From the IMG/VR virus record IMGVR_UViG_3300028888_001628, positions 91,975 to 155,974 of that record: a DNA stretch of 64,000 nucleotides; one strand, given 5' to 3'. Of this stretch, positions 40,918 through 49,937 are shown piece after piece. The notes under the pieces are model-generated. The model did not search any database and had not been told where the DNA came from. It was given only the letters and a program-made list of their open reading frames with translations. The translations under genes were made by a program, and so were the position numbers. Source of the DNA: a virus. Its lineage: Duplodnaviria > Caudoviricetes. Every line of letters starts with the position of its first letter. Positions within the stretch are counted from its first letter, which is position 1.

Positions 40918-41658
40918 ATGAAAAATCTAATGTTTATTATGTTTGCTCTTTTCGCTTTCTGTTTTGTTTCATGTGAAGGCGATAAGAATGAAGCACCTGC
41001 AGAACCTAAGTGTGAACCTGCTTGTTTAGAAAACACAGAATGCAAGTGCGTCGAAAATGATTGCCATTGTGAAGCAGTCGTAGATCCTAAACCTGAAAAC
41101 GTCTGTGATCCTGCTTGCAAAGATACAGAAGAGTGTAAATGTGAAAATGACAAATGTGAATGTAAAGAAAAAGTTGTAGTTCCTGAGCCATGTAAATGTG
41201 AAGATGGCACTGATTGTCCTGAAGGTGATGCTGCTAAATGTGAAAAGCATGTAGTTGAAGATCCATGTAAAGATAAAGCCGCAGGTGATGAGTGTGGTGA
41301 GAATAAAATCTGTACTGCAGCTGAAGATGGTAAATTAGCTTGTATGGATAAGGTTGAAGAAAAACCTGCACCTAAATGTGAACCTGTTTGCAAAGATACA
41401 GAAGAATGCTTCTGTGAAGCTGACAAATGTGAATGCAAAGAAAAAGTCGTAACTGAAGAATGCTTCTGTGATGAAGAAAAGAAAGTTGCTTGCCCTGAAG
41501 GTGGAAAAGACGCTTGTGAAAAAGCTGAATCAGAACAACCTAAATGTGAACCTGCTTGTGAGGGTGAATCTGAATGTGTTTGCGAAGCTGACAAGTGTGA
41601 ATGCAAGGTTCCTGATAAAGTTGATCCAGAACCACAACCAGAAAATCCTGGTAAATAA
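40918..41658 (+). CDS. Cysteine-rich repeat lipoprotein
   Basis: gaggag SD; signal peptide ending FVSC (lipobox); 38 Cys, mostly in repeated modules. Confidence 0.75.
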   Translation: MKNLMFIMFALFAFCFVSCEGDKNEAPAEPKCEPACLENTECKCVENDCHCEAVVDPKPENVCDPACKDTEECKCENDKCECKEKVVVPEPCKCEDGTDCPEGDAAKCEKHVVEDPCKDKAAGDECGENKICTAAEDGKLACMDKVEEKPAPKCEPVCKDTEECFCEADKCECKEKVVTEECFCDEEKKVACPEGGKDACEKAESEQPKCEPACEGESECVCEADKCECKVPDKVDPEPQPENPGK

Positions 41659-41689
41659 TAACAATATAAATTACATATAAATAAAATTT

Positions 41690-41722
41690 AATCCCATACA
41701 AATACAGTGTATGGGATTTTTT
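41690..41722 (+). terminator. Rho-independent terminator
   Basis: aatcccataca...tgtatgggattttt. Confidence 0.75.
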
Positions 41723-41782
41723 GTATATCTAATTATACAATATTAGTATTTACATAAGATAATTGTTACAGAGGTTACATAA

Positions 41783-42751
41783 ATGTATAAAGACTATGAT
41801 AGAGAGTTAGAACGCAGGGTTAGAGATTTAGAACGAGCTGTTATTGATGAAGGTTTATTTGATAAGTTATTTAATAGAGATAAAGAATCATTTGATGTAA
41901 AAGATGTTATTAGTAAATTACCAAGTGCTTTATCATTTGGTAATAAAAAATCAAAGATGAATTGGAAATTAGACAAAGATGGTAAACCTATTATCACATC
42001 AAGTTTAGTTATCCCTCTTACTAATAAACCTGGAAATTTCATACAGCTCGTTACTGTATTATCATTAGGCTTGAAGAAAAAGATCTTCTCATTAAAACAG
42101 AGAATTACACAGTCTATAAATAACAAACAGACTTTAAAAGAAGACTTTCCATTATGGGAAAATGAATCATTTAAATCATTTAAAGATCTTTTAACAAAAG
42201 TAAAAGATTCACTAATGGATTCTACAACTGGAAAGATAAATGATCTTTTAAAGAAAGTTGGAATAAAAGAATCATTTTGTATATTAGAAGAAGACGAGGA
42301 TGAAGGCGTAATTCGTAAAGTTGGAAATAAATGGAAGATTCTTAAAAAGAATAGAAAGGATTATTGGGATGCAGACTATAAAACTAAAGCTGATGCTGAA
42401 GCTGCATTGAGAGCGTATTGGGCTAACAAGCGTGAGTGCAGAAAACATAATCATAAAATTTTAAAGTTAGAAGACTTTACACATGGTGATGGGCGAGATC
42501 TTTTAAAGAATGTACAGCATTATCTGATCAAAATATTTGGGCCAACTTTATACTTCGATCACGATACAGATACTTCTGTTGACCTCTTCTATAAAGGTTC
42601 ATTAGTTGCTGAACTACTATACAATAATAAAACTTCAGAGATAGTGATTATGCCTGACAATCAAGATATCGCACCAGTTGCTTTCTACGACACTTCAGAA
42701 TACGAAATACAAGATTACCTATCTGACTTGATTATTGGTGATATAAAGTGA
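41783..42751 (+). CDS. Leader-tagged multidomain protein
   Basis: LERRVRDLE..IDE leader; internal IRKVGNKWKI...YKTKADAEAAL module. Confidence 0.7.
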   Translation: MYKDYDRELERRVRDLERAVIDEGLFDKLFNRDKESFDVKDVISKLPSALSFGNKKSKMNWKLDKDGKPIITSSLVIPLTNKPGNFIQLVTVLSLGLKKKIFSLKQRITQSINNKQTLKEDFPLWENESFKSFKDLLTKVKDSLMDSTTGKINDLLKKVGIKESFCILEEDEDEGVIRKVGNKWKILKKNRKDYWDADYKTKADAEAALRAYWANKRECRKHNHKILKLEDFTHGDGRDLLKNVQHYLIKIFGPTLYFDHDTDTSVDLFYKGSLVAELLYNNKTSEIVIMPDNQDIAPVAFYDTSEYEIQDYLSDLIIGDIK

Positions 42752-42799
42752 TCTAGTCGATAGAATGGCTTAATTATCATCATTCAGCACTATAAAAAT

Positions 42800-42829
42800 A
42801 AACCCTCTATGAATTTCATAGAGGGTTTT
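42800..42829. terminator. Bidirectional terminator between convergent genes
   Basis: aaaccctctatgaa-t-ttcatagagggtttt flanked by A/T runs. Confidence 0.8.
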
Positions 42830-42838
42830 GATGTATTA

Positions 42839-43723
42839 TTACTTTGATAAGAATTTCTTAAACTGTTCTAGATCTTCTGCATCTTGATTTGCTTTTGCAC
42901 ACATACCAAATATTATGCGAGGAGATCCTGCACAAGTTAGTTTCATAATTCTGTACTCATTTGGCTTTTGATTTTTATCTGATAAGAACAACTTTAGATC
43001 ACCTACGTCTATATAGTTATTGTCGATAGTCTTGTTTAACTTAATAATCATTTTCTTCCCATCAAACTTTATCGATAATGGTTTTAATTTACTCTTTAAT
43101 TCAGATGTTACCTCGTCTCTATAAATAACAGGTAAATCAGTAGATCCACTAGAATAATATCGTGCATAAGCATTTATATCGAAGTACTTGCAAATATTTT
43201 TAGATGTATTTTTAAATATAGAAAATTCATTATTAAGAAATGTCATAAAGAACTCTACATTCTTACTCTTATAATAGTTACTTATCCAATCTGCAAATAC
43301 AGATTGGTCTAATTCTATCTTAACCTTACTTGTGTGAGGTTCAGTGAGCCTTACAAATGAGTCTATATTTGTGTTTATATAAGACATGATTTTATTAGCA
43401 GTTTCGTTACCTTTTGCTGTGTCAGAACACTCAAATACTTTACTATCTTCATTAAGTTTTATACCAAAACCAGTCGACTGCACACCGCAAATTTTATTAT
43501 TCTGTTCAGTCATCTTACATTCAATATAAAACTTATCGTCTACAAGAATATCTGAAACTGATCTATTATTTCCACCTCTTACTGTAAATTTATGATCTGG
43601 AAATTGTTTACGAAGATATCTTGCACATTTGTGCTCGAACTTGTCAGATTCTTTTGATTCATATATAATACTGTCTATAGAACTGTATATTTTATTTATG
43701 ATTAACATTTTATTTATTACCAT
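42839..43723 (-). CDS. PD-(D/E)XK restriction-endonuclease-like protein
   Basis: FE..C..YL...SDILV...YIECK catalytic pattern. Confidence 0.6.
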   Translation of the reverse strand: MVINKMLIINKIYSSIDSIIYESKESDKFEHKCARYLRKQFPDHKFTVRGGNNRSVSDILVDDKFYIECKMTEQNNKICGVQSTGFGIKLNEDSKVFECSDTAKGNETANKIMSYINTNIDSFVRLTEPHTSKVKIELDQSVFADWISNYYKSKNVEFFMTFLNNEFSIFKNTSKNICKYFDINAYARYYSSGSTDLPVIYRDEVTSELKSKLKPLSIKFDGKKMIIKLNKTIDNNYIDVGDLKLFLSDKNQKPNEYRIMKLTCAGSPRIIFGMCAKANQDAEDLEQFKKFLSK

Positions 43724-43821
43724 TAAGATTAACTATTTATCATAAAAATGTATATCTATATAGATAATTACAATTAGTTATCTATAACTAAATAATATTT
43801 CTTTTAGAGGTAGACGGTATT

Positions 43822-44817
43822 ATGGGAAAGAAAGTTTCAGAGTGCTGTGATCAGTGGAATGATTTACAAACAATGGCGCTCGCTGATAAAATGGATGTAG
43901 ATGCTTTTAAACCTTCACTGAATAATTGTAGCTCATTAGACGATTACGAGCTTAAAGTTCGTAATGGTGTTGAAGATAATATAGATCAGTGCAGATCTGA
44001 GTTTGGTGAGCTTGATCCAAATAATACAGCACAGTTAATGGCAATCGCAGCATTAGATTGTGTAGATGTTGACGCTATAGTTAAAGCTATAGTGGGATTC
44101 TACAGGCCACAGCTTTGTGTATTATCTTTAGAAAAGAGAGTTAATAAATTATACAATAGATTTGTAGAAAGTAAATCTAGGGTAAATGAGAGGGAAACAA
44201 CACCTGCTCATGATGGTGAGATCGCTGCATTTGACATTAAGACAAAATTCGATAAAGATGATCTTGACGTAGATTCTGAAGTTGATGTCAAAAATAAGAA
44301 AGACGCATGGATTTTGCGACTTATCTATAACGATGGAAATAAAGAAAATCTTTCAATGGTGAAGCCTAATGATGACAAAGATGATTATGTTATGACTTCA
44401 GATAAAGATAAGTTGAAAGTGAAGTTTTCAGATGATCCAGATGATGGTACTTTGAATGTCCCACAGACTGTAATAGATCATATTGCAAAGCAAATAGAGC
44501 AAGCTGAAAAGAATGCAGAAAATGATAAAAAGAATAATGATTCAGATCTTGCTCATGAGATCGCTTACGATATTAAGAAAGAATTTCCAAACTATGATAT
44601 GGAAGTTATTGAGGGCGATGCTGGAAGTAATAAGTGGTCTATTGAGATTGTATATAAAAATGGCAACAAAGATCATTTTGTAATTACAAAGATTGGTAAG
44701 ATTTACATTATGAGATCAGATGATTCTTTCATTTCAAAATTCACATTAGATGAATTAAAGAATTTCCCAAAGAAATTAAAATCACATATAGAAGATCACG
44801 TTAAAGAGGCCAAATAA
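43822..44817 (+). CDS. Acidic protein with internal leader-like motif and duplicated C-terminal domain
   Basis: LEKRVNKL; two EIA[FY]DIK..F...W...I.Y..GNK repeats. Confidence 0.65.
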   Translation: MGKKVSECCDQWNDLQTMALADKMDVDAFKPSLNNCSSLDDYELKVRNGVEDNIDQCRSEFGELDPNNTAQLMAIAALDCVDVDAIVKAIVGFYRPQLCVLSLEKRVNKLYNRFVESKSRVNERETTPAHDGEIAAFDIKTKFDKDDLDVDSEVDVKNKKDAWILRLIYNDGNKENLSMVKPNDDKDDYVMTSDKDKLKVKFSDDPDDGTLNVPQTVIDHIAKQIEQAEKNAENDKKNNDSDLAHEIAYDIKKEFPNYDMEVIEGDAGSNKWSIEIVYKNGNKDHFVITKIGKIYIMRSDDSFISKFTLDELKNFPKKLKSHIEDHVKEAK

Positions 44818-45446
44818 TGAGTAACATTCAAGGTTTAGATTTATATTCTTATGAAGAGATTGTGAATCTAGTTAGAGATTTCATAAATGATAAGCTTGAA
44901 GATAATGGTTATTTCTCTGATGACATTATCGTAAAAGATATTAAACTACATGGCTCTAGATTAAGAGGGCAGGCAAGAGATGATTCTGATCTTGATGTGG
45001 TTGTTCAATATGACGGCGATATCAGGGAAGATGACTTTTTCGATATGCTAAATGACGATCCTCTATATATCGATAATGTAGCAGTGGACATTAATCCTAT
45101 TAAAGAAGACATGGGTGATTATATGAATAGATCAGATCAATATGATAAGAAAAAGTTAGGTCTAGAAAATAAGAGATTAGAATCATTAGAAAAGCGTCTT
45201 GTTAAATTAGAAAAGAAATACGGAATAAATCTCAAACCAACTAACGAGATCGCACCTATTCTTGCAAAAATTATCCCAATGATTATTAAAAATCTTCCAT
45301 TAATTTTAAAAGCATTACCTACTTTGGTAGATGCTCTTAAAACAGATCAGATCAATGATAATAGTGAGAAGATTGATAAGATAAATAAATTCGTAGAAAT
45401 TGGTACCGAAATTGTAAATATGTTTAATAAAAATAGTGAGGCATGA
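44817..45446 (+). CDS. Pol-beta superfamily nucleotidyltransferase
   Basis: LHGSRLRG...DSDLDVVV...VDINP. Confidence 0.8.
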   Translation: MSNIQGLDLYSYEEIVNLVRDFINDKLEDNGYFSDDIIVKDIKLHGSRLRGQARDDSDLDVVVQYDGDIREDDFFDMLNDDPLYIDNVAVDINPIKEDMGDYMNRSDQYDKKKLGLENKRLESLEKRLVKLEKKYGINLKPTNEIAPILAKIIPMIIKNLPLILKALPTLVDALKTDQINDNSEKIDKINKFVEIGTEIVNMFNKNSEA

Positions 45447-45447
45447 T

Positions 45448-45660
45448 ATGAATAAAGATACATTAGAAAAACGTATTGCAAAACTTGAAAATGCACTTCG
45501 TAAACGATTTAAAAATGAAGAGTATGAGATGTCCGCATTTGAAGATTTTAAGAGCGAGCTTGCAGATCTTCTAGAGTATTACGGATTAGAGATGTATGCG
45601 GGTGGTAATAACGTCGTGTTTTCACATAATGGTGAAGACGTTGGTGTTTGGGACTATTAA
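45448..45660 (+). CDS. Leader-tagged small protein
   Basis: MNKDTLEKRIAKLENALRKRFKNE. Confidence 0.7.
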   Translation: MNKDTLEKRIAKLENALRKRFKNEEYEMSAFEDFKSELADLLEYYGLEMYAGGNNVVFSHNGEDVGVWDY

Positions 45661-45683
45661 TCGTAATAAAACTTAATATACTA

Positions 45684-45718
45684 TAAAATCCTATGTAAAT
45701 TATTTACATAGGATTTTA
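45684..45718 (+). terminator. Rho-independent terminator
   Basis: aaaatcctatgtaaat-t-atttacataggatttt. Confidence 0.75.
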
Positions 45719-45723
45719 TTTTT

Positions 45724-46200
45724 ATGGTAATTATTATGAAAGTACTACAAGAAGTAAATAAGATTTTTAACAAATACAAAGAATATGATTATATTGATTC
45801 TGATCTTTCTAAACACAGAATAAAGAGTATAGATGAATTTGAAAGACAGCGTGGAGGTATCTGCTGGGATTTCATTAGCCCTATATCACATCATCTCATC
45901 AGTAGAAATATTATTCACCATTGTTATTTCACTGAAGTACAGAAAGATAATAAAACAATCTCAACACATACTTACATAATAGTTAGAGATGGCTCGTTTT
46001 ATTATTGGATTGAATGCGCTTGGCAAAAGTACAAAGGTGTAAATCTTGTATTTTCGTATAAAGATATAGAGCGATTATTAAAAGAAGAATATAACGCAGA
46101 TGAAGTTCACACTGTTGTGTATGACCCAAACGCAGTAGAAGGTAATACAGCTGATGAATTTTTCGAGTATCTTAACAAAGAAGGAATAGAACTTACATAA
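45724..46200 (+). CDS. Transglutaminase/papain-like protein
   Basis: GGICWD...THTY...WIECAW candidate Cys-His-Glu triad. Confidence 0.55.
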   Translation: MVIIMKVLQEVNKIFNKYKEYDYIDSDLSKHRIKSIDEFERQRGGICWDFISPISHHLISRNIIHHCYFTEVQKDNKTISTHTYIIVRDGSFYYWIECAWQKYKGVNLVFSYKDIERLLKEEYNADEVHTVVYDPNAVEGNTADEFFEYLNKEGIELT

Positions 46201-46213
46201 ATGGAGACTAGCA

Positions 46214-46480
46214 ATGAACAGTTCATTTGGACAATCTGTTTTATCATTATATACTCTTATTGAAGGAAAGACTCTATCATACGGATATTCAAATCGTGAA
46301 ATACCAAGTGAAGTTAGAGACTTTCAGAATTTATTTAGATCAACACTTATTAGTTATATTGAAAATCATGATGATTTATCAAAGCATTTTCTTGAACTAT
46401 GTATAGATCACATTAAAGATATTTTAGATGAGAAATTTAACTTCTTAACTAATGTAGAGAGTAAACAAATATATGAATGA
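46214..46480 (+). CDS. Hypothetical protein
   Basis: ggag SD. Confidence 0.5.
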   Translation: MNSSFGQSVLSLYTLIEGKTLSYGYSNREIPSEVRDFQNLFRSTLISYIENHDDLSKHFLELCIDHIKDILDEKFNFLTNVESKQIYE

Positions 46481-47060
46481 AGAATCGTTATTTATAACAG
46501 ATGAACTAGGGAATGTCATTTCAACAAAAGATAATATAGATGAACAAGATATATATCTTAAATGCGATAATACTATAACTCAAAATCTAAATGAAGATCA
46601 TCTATCTTGGGATGAATACTTTGCAAATATTTCATTACTTGCTGCATTGCGTAGTAAAGATACAAATACAAAAGTAGGCGCTATCATTGTAGATAAGAAC
46701 AACAGAATCTTAGGAACTGGGTACAATGGATTACCTTCAGGAATAGATGAATCTCTGTTTCCAACAACGAATGATAAAGAACACAATTCATTTGAAAACA
46801 CAAAGTATCCTTATGTTATTCATGCTGAAATGAATGCACTATGTAATACGACTGTATTTGATGTAAGTGGTTCAAAGATATACTGTACATTATATCCTTG
46901 TTGCCATTGTGCAAAGTTATTAGTACAGCGTGGAATCTCCGAAGTTATATATTTATCTGACAAACATCATAATGATCCAGAGTATATAGCTGCTAGGAAA
47001 TTATTTAATGCAGCTAATGTCATTACTAGACAGTACTTAGGAAGAGTATTTCTTCTTTGA
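46473..47060 (+). CDS. dCMP deaminase
   Basis: WDEYF, RSKD..TKVGA, GYNG, HAE, PCxxC. Confidence 0.93.
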   Translation: MNEESLFITDELGNVISTKDNIDEQDIYLKCDNTITQNLNEDHLSWDEYFANISLLAALRSKDTNTKVGAIIVDKNNRILGTGYNGLPSGIDESLFPTTNDKEHNSFENTKYPYVIHAEMNALCNTTVFDVSGSKIYCTLYPCCHCAKLLVQRGISEVIYLSDKHHNDPEYIAARKLFNAANVITRQYLGRVFLL

Positions 47061-47086
47061 GCTATTCTTCTTATTAAAACTAATCT

Positions 47087-47113
47087 ACCCTAACATTTAT
47101 TATGTTAGGGTTT
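47087..47113 (+). terminator. Terminator ending the + strand block
   Basis: accctaacat-ttatt-atgttagggttt. Confidence 0.7.
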
Positions 47114-47710
47114 AAATTTATATATAGACATTGAGAATATCTCTATCGTAAATAGATAAAATTTACAAATATAGTTTCAATGGTATTTCTGAGATAATAT
47201 CTATAGGGATTCTTCATCATCTAGAAAATTCAATCTAAATTATATCATCTTCTAGAAAGTACAACTGAAAATATATTATTCAGAAATATAATTCCAATTA
47301 TATTTTATAGAATATATTAATCGTATTATCAGATTATATAACAGGAAAATATATATTCTGTCTATGATTAAAGACATAAAAATACTAACCCAATTGAACT
47401 CGCCTCTTGGGGTATATCTTATATCATCTCTATAAATAGAATTTCTATAATATATAAAAATAAATTTATCACGGAACCCGATCAGCCTAACACAAATGAA
47501 TCAGCGCGTAGCATAATCCGACCAGCATCTGCTTTCAACTTCATCCGTTTAGTTACTGCGCCTCAGAGAGTTGCTCACGGTACAATGTCATCAGCGGTGT
47601 AATTAATAAAACTATTCATCATATAATATTAGTTTCTATTACTAGAGAAATCTTAACTGATTCTATAAATATAGATATTGAAGAAAAAAATAAAAATTTT
47701 TTCTGAATAA

Positions 47711-47746
47711 AAAATCCCAATAACTACTGTTATTGGGATTAAAAAA
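47711..47746 (-). terminator. Terminator ending the - strand block
   Basis: aatcccaataac-tact-gttattgggatt with flanking A-runs. Confidence 0.75.
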
Positions 47747-47767
47747 TAATTTAGATAATTTAGAATT

Positions 47768-48019
47768 TTAATAAGAACCTACATTGATTCCCCAGTTATC
47801 TGCGACATCTTGAAGCTCATCTAACATAGAATTTATAGTCTCATAACAATCATCTGAGTCAAGATCACTTGAAGCGTTCTGTAAAAAGATAAGCGCATTA
47901 TAAGCATCTTTGATAGCTTCACTGATGTCAGCTGTATTAAACATCTGCTCGTTCTTAACAGCTCTTTTAGAAAGCATTCTTTCTAGACGAGCAATTCGAC
48001 TTTCTAATTTATTATTCAT
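47768..48019 (-). CDS. Leader-tagged small helical protein
   Basis: MNNKLESRIARLERMLSKRAVKNE, nearly the same leader as 35007..35252. Confidence 0.7.
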   Translation of the reverse strand: MNNKLESRIARLERMLSKRAVKNEQMFNTADISEAIKDAYNALIFLQNASSDLDSDDCYETINSMLDELQDVADNWGINVGSY

Positions 48020-48080
48020 ATTTACCTCTATAAAATGTTTTAAGAATTCATCTTTATATGATTATTAGATATAATTAGTT

Positions 48081-48455
48081 TTATAAATTAAAGAATCTTT
48101 CTTTGAATTTGAAATTGTTAATCAGATCTTTCTTTATTATTAGTGGATCTAGATCTATGTAATCACCATTTAAATTAGTAGCTGAAACAATTATATTACC
48201 ACATAGATTGCTTGGAATAATTCCCAATGATACAGGTATAGTGAAATACTCATTTACTATTGAGAAAGTCTGTATATCATCATTCACTATAGCATCAAGA
48301 ATATAATTCTGATTATAATTTCTATATAGTGTAATCAAATCAAGATTATTTGATTGAAGTATATTAAACACGCTAGAGACATTATCAGAATCAATTACTT
48401 TTGTGTAGATCTTATCTTTCATTGAAATAGGTATTATAACTGATCTGATATTCAT
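48081..48455 (-). CDS. DUF3846-like protein
   Basis: IVNDD...N...LCGNIIV...G...DL pattern. Confidence 0.45.
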   Translation of the reverse strand: MNIRSVIIPISMKDKIYTKVIDSDNVSSVFNILQSNNLDLITLYRNYNQNYILDAIVNDDIQTFSIVNEYFTIPVSLGIIPSNLCGNIIVSATNLNGDYIDLDPLIIKKDLINNFKFKERFFNL

Positions 48456-48479
48456 AAGACTGCCTCTAGTGAAGTTCTT

Positions 48480-48830
48480 TTAAATAGCGTCTATAATTTT
48501 CTGTATAGAATCTATTGCGATTTCGATTGCTTTTCCGAGTTCAGTTGGATTTACCATTTCATACTTATTTGGCACATGATCATCTCTACGCCATTTATTA
48601 TGGCGTATTAGAATATTCATAGCATCTTGCAATGACATTTCATTAGTATCACCATCCCAACTAATAGATTCATCCCAATCTTCTTTAGAAAAAGAACTTA
48701 CATCTACACCACCATAATCTACATCAAATAACATACATTTTGTATTGCAATAAATGTCACCGTTGTAAATCACGTATGTGTCATTGTTAATATCGTATTT
48801 AAGCTTTTTCCCGCAATGTTTACAGAACAT
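48480..48830 (-). CDS. Zn-ribbon hypothetical protein
   Basis: MFCKHCG...YCNTKC. Confidence 0.55.
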   Translation of the reverse strand: MFCKHCGKKLKYDINNDTYVIYNGDIYCNTKCMLFDVDYGGVDVSSFSKEDWDESISWDGDTNEMSLQDAMNILIRHNKWRRDDHVPNKYEMVNPTELGKAIEIAIDSIQKIIDAI

Positions 48831-48850
48831 ATTATATTACCTCCGCTTCC

Positions 48851-49222
48851 CTAAGTATCATAATCCAAATCGAATCTATAATCACGTGGCTCTGTAATTA
48901 AAATCTCTTTTTTGTCTGGTTCTATTATATTCTCCAATTCTGGAAAATATTTTAATGCATCAGAAATAAAAGTTTCTTTTTGCGGTAACGGTAGAAAACA
49001 TAGAACTTCACTTATTCTAAAATTATCTAACGCAGGTCCAAATCCAGTGTGTGAAAATATATTTCTATCTTCTTGTGTTTTACGTGCAGGAGCCTCATCA
49101 AAGTAAAAATATATAGTACGAAAGAAATGAATTTTATTGTGTCTTTTTGCTATAATATAAACTGTAGATCCACTCTCTACATCGTAATCATGTGGATTAC
49201 CTCTAAGCCATTTTAACTCCAT
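48851..49222 (-). CDS. Hypothetical protein
   Basis: ggag SD. Confidence 0.55.
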   Translation of the reverse strand: MELKWLRGNPHDYDVESGSTVYIIAKRHNKIHFFRTIYFYFDEAPARKTQEDRNIFSHTGFGPALDNFRISEVLCFLPLPQKETFISDALKYFPELENIIEPDKKEILITEPRDYRFDLDYDT

Positions 49223-49234
49223 AGTAAACTCCGA

Positions 49235-49483
49235 TTATAGGTATGGTTTAATCCCTACATCCTTAAAACTACAATCCGCTACTCTCTCACCATAATTATC
49301 ATAGAATTCTACTGATGGATTATCATAAAAGTGAATTGTAGCCTTACCATTATAATTTAAAGATTTACTCTTCATAGTAGTAACAGCGTCATTGTAATAT
49401 GTCACTGTTAGGTACGTTTTACGTTTATCTGAGTTCTCATCTGTATAACCATATAAAGCAAGTACACACAGCTTATTATCCAT
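49235..49483 (-). CDS. Hypothetical protein
   Basis: aggag SD. Confidence 0.55.
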   Translation of the reverse strand: MDNKLCVLALYGYTDENSDKRKTYLTVTYYNDAVTTMKSKSLNYNGKATIHFYDNPSVEFYDNYGERVADCSFKDVGIKPYL

Positions 49484-49551
49484 AATAACTCCTATCGGTA
49501 GTATTTAAAGAAGTGATTTAATTCATTATACATGATGTGCCTTATAGAAAT

Positions 49552-49791
49552 TTACAATTCCATATTGTGAAGTTCAGCTGCAGTGTGTATCGTAAAGGCT
49601 GGCAAACCTTCACGCTTAGGTTTTGCTGTAAATATACAACAACCGTCGCTAGTAACTCCATAATAATAAACTTTAACACCTTTGAACTTTTCCGGATACT
49701 CTGTTCGCCTGCATTCTCTCAAATGCTTAACACATACACGATATTTTTTGTGTTCTAACAAATACGTACCCTGAGGACTAAATGCTTTCAT
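49552..49791 (-). CDS. Early hypothetical protein
   Basis: Downstream of promoter-hairpin cassette; aggag SD. Confidence 0.6.
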   Translation of the reverse strand: MKAFSPQGTYLLEHKKYRVCVKHLRECRRTEYPEKFKGVKVYYYGVTSDGCCIFTAKPKREGLPAFTIHTAAELHNMEL

Positions 49792-49835
49792 TTAAGCTTC
49801 TCCTTACCTATTACTTAAGTAAGTCAATTAAATTT

Positions 49836-49899
49836 ATTGGAAGGAACCATTCCATCCAATTTATGAGTTATTTATAAATCACTTTATAGATGATGTAAA
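49836..49899 (-). promoter_or_regulatory. Sigma70 promoter + 5' hairpin cassette (copy 1)
   Basis: TTTACA-17-TATAAA, then CATAAA and hairpin TTGGATGGAA-TGG-TTCCTTCCAA. Confidence 0.8.
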
Positions 49900-49937
49900 T
49901 AAAAATCACCAGCTTTATTTACATCATCGTTCTTTTA

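Noticed and set aside
40911-41606. 231-aa antisense ORF, and similar shadow ORFs at 5650, 8844, 9438, 10146, 11328, 29570, 39114 and 41794
   Set aside because: They are antisense to well-supported genes and explained by codon bias or repeats.
47530-47600. Hammerhead ribozyme (CTGATGA ... GAAA on the - strand)
   Set aside because: I could not form stems I-III around the core.
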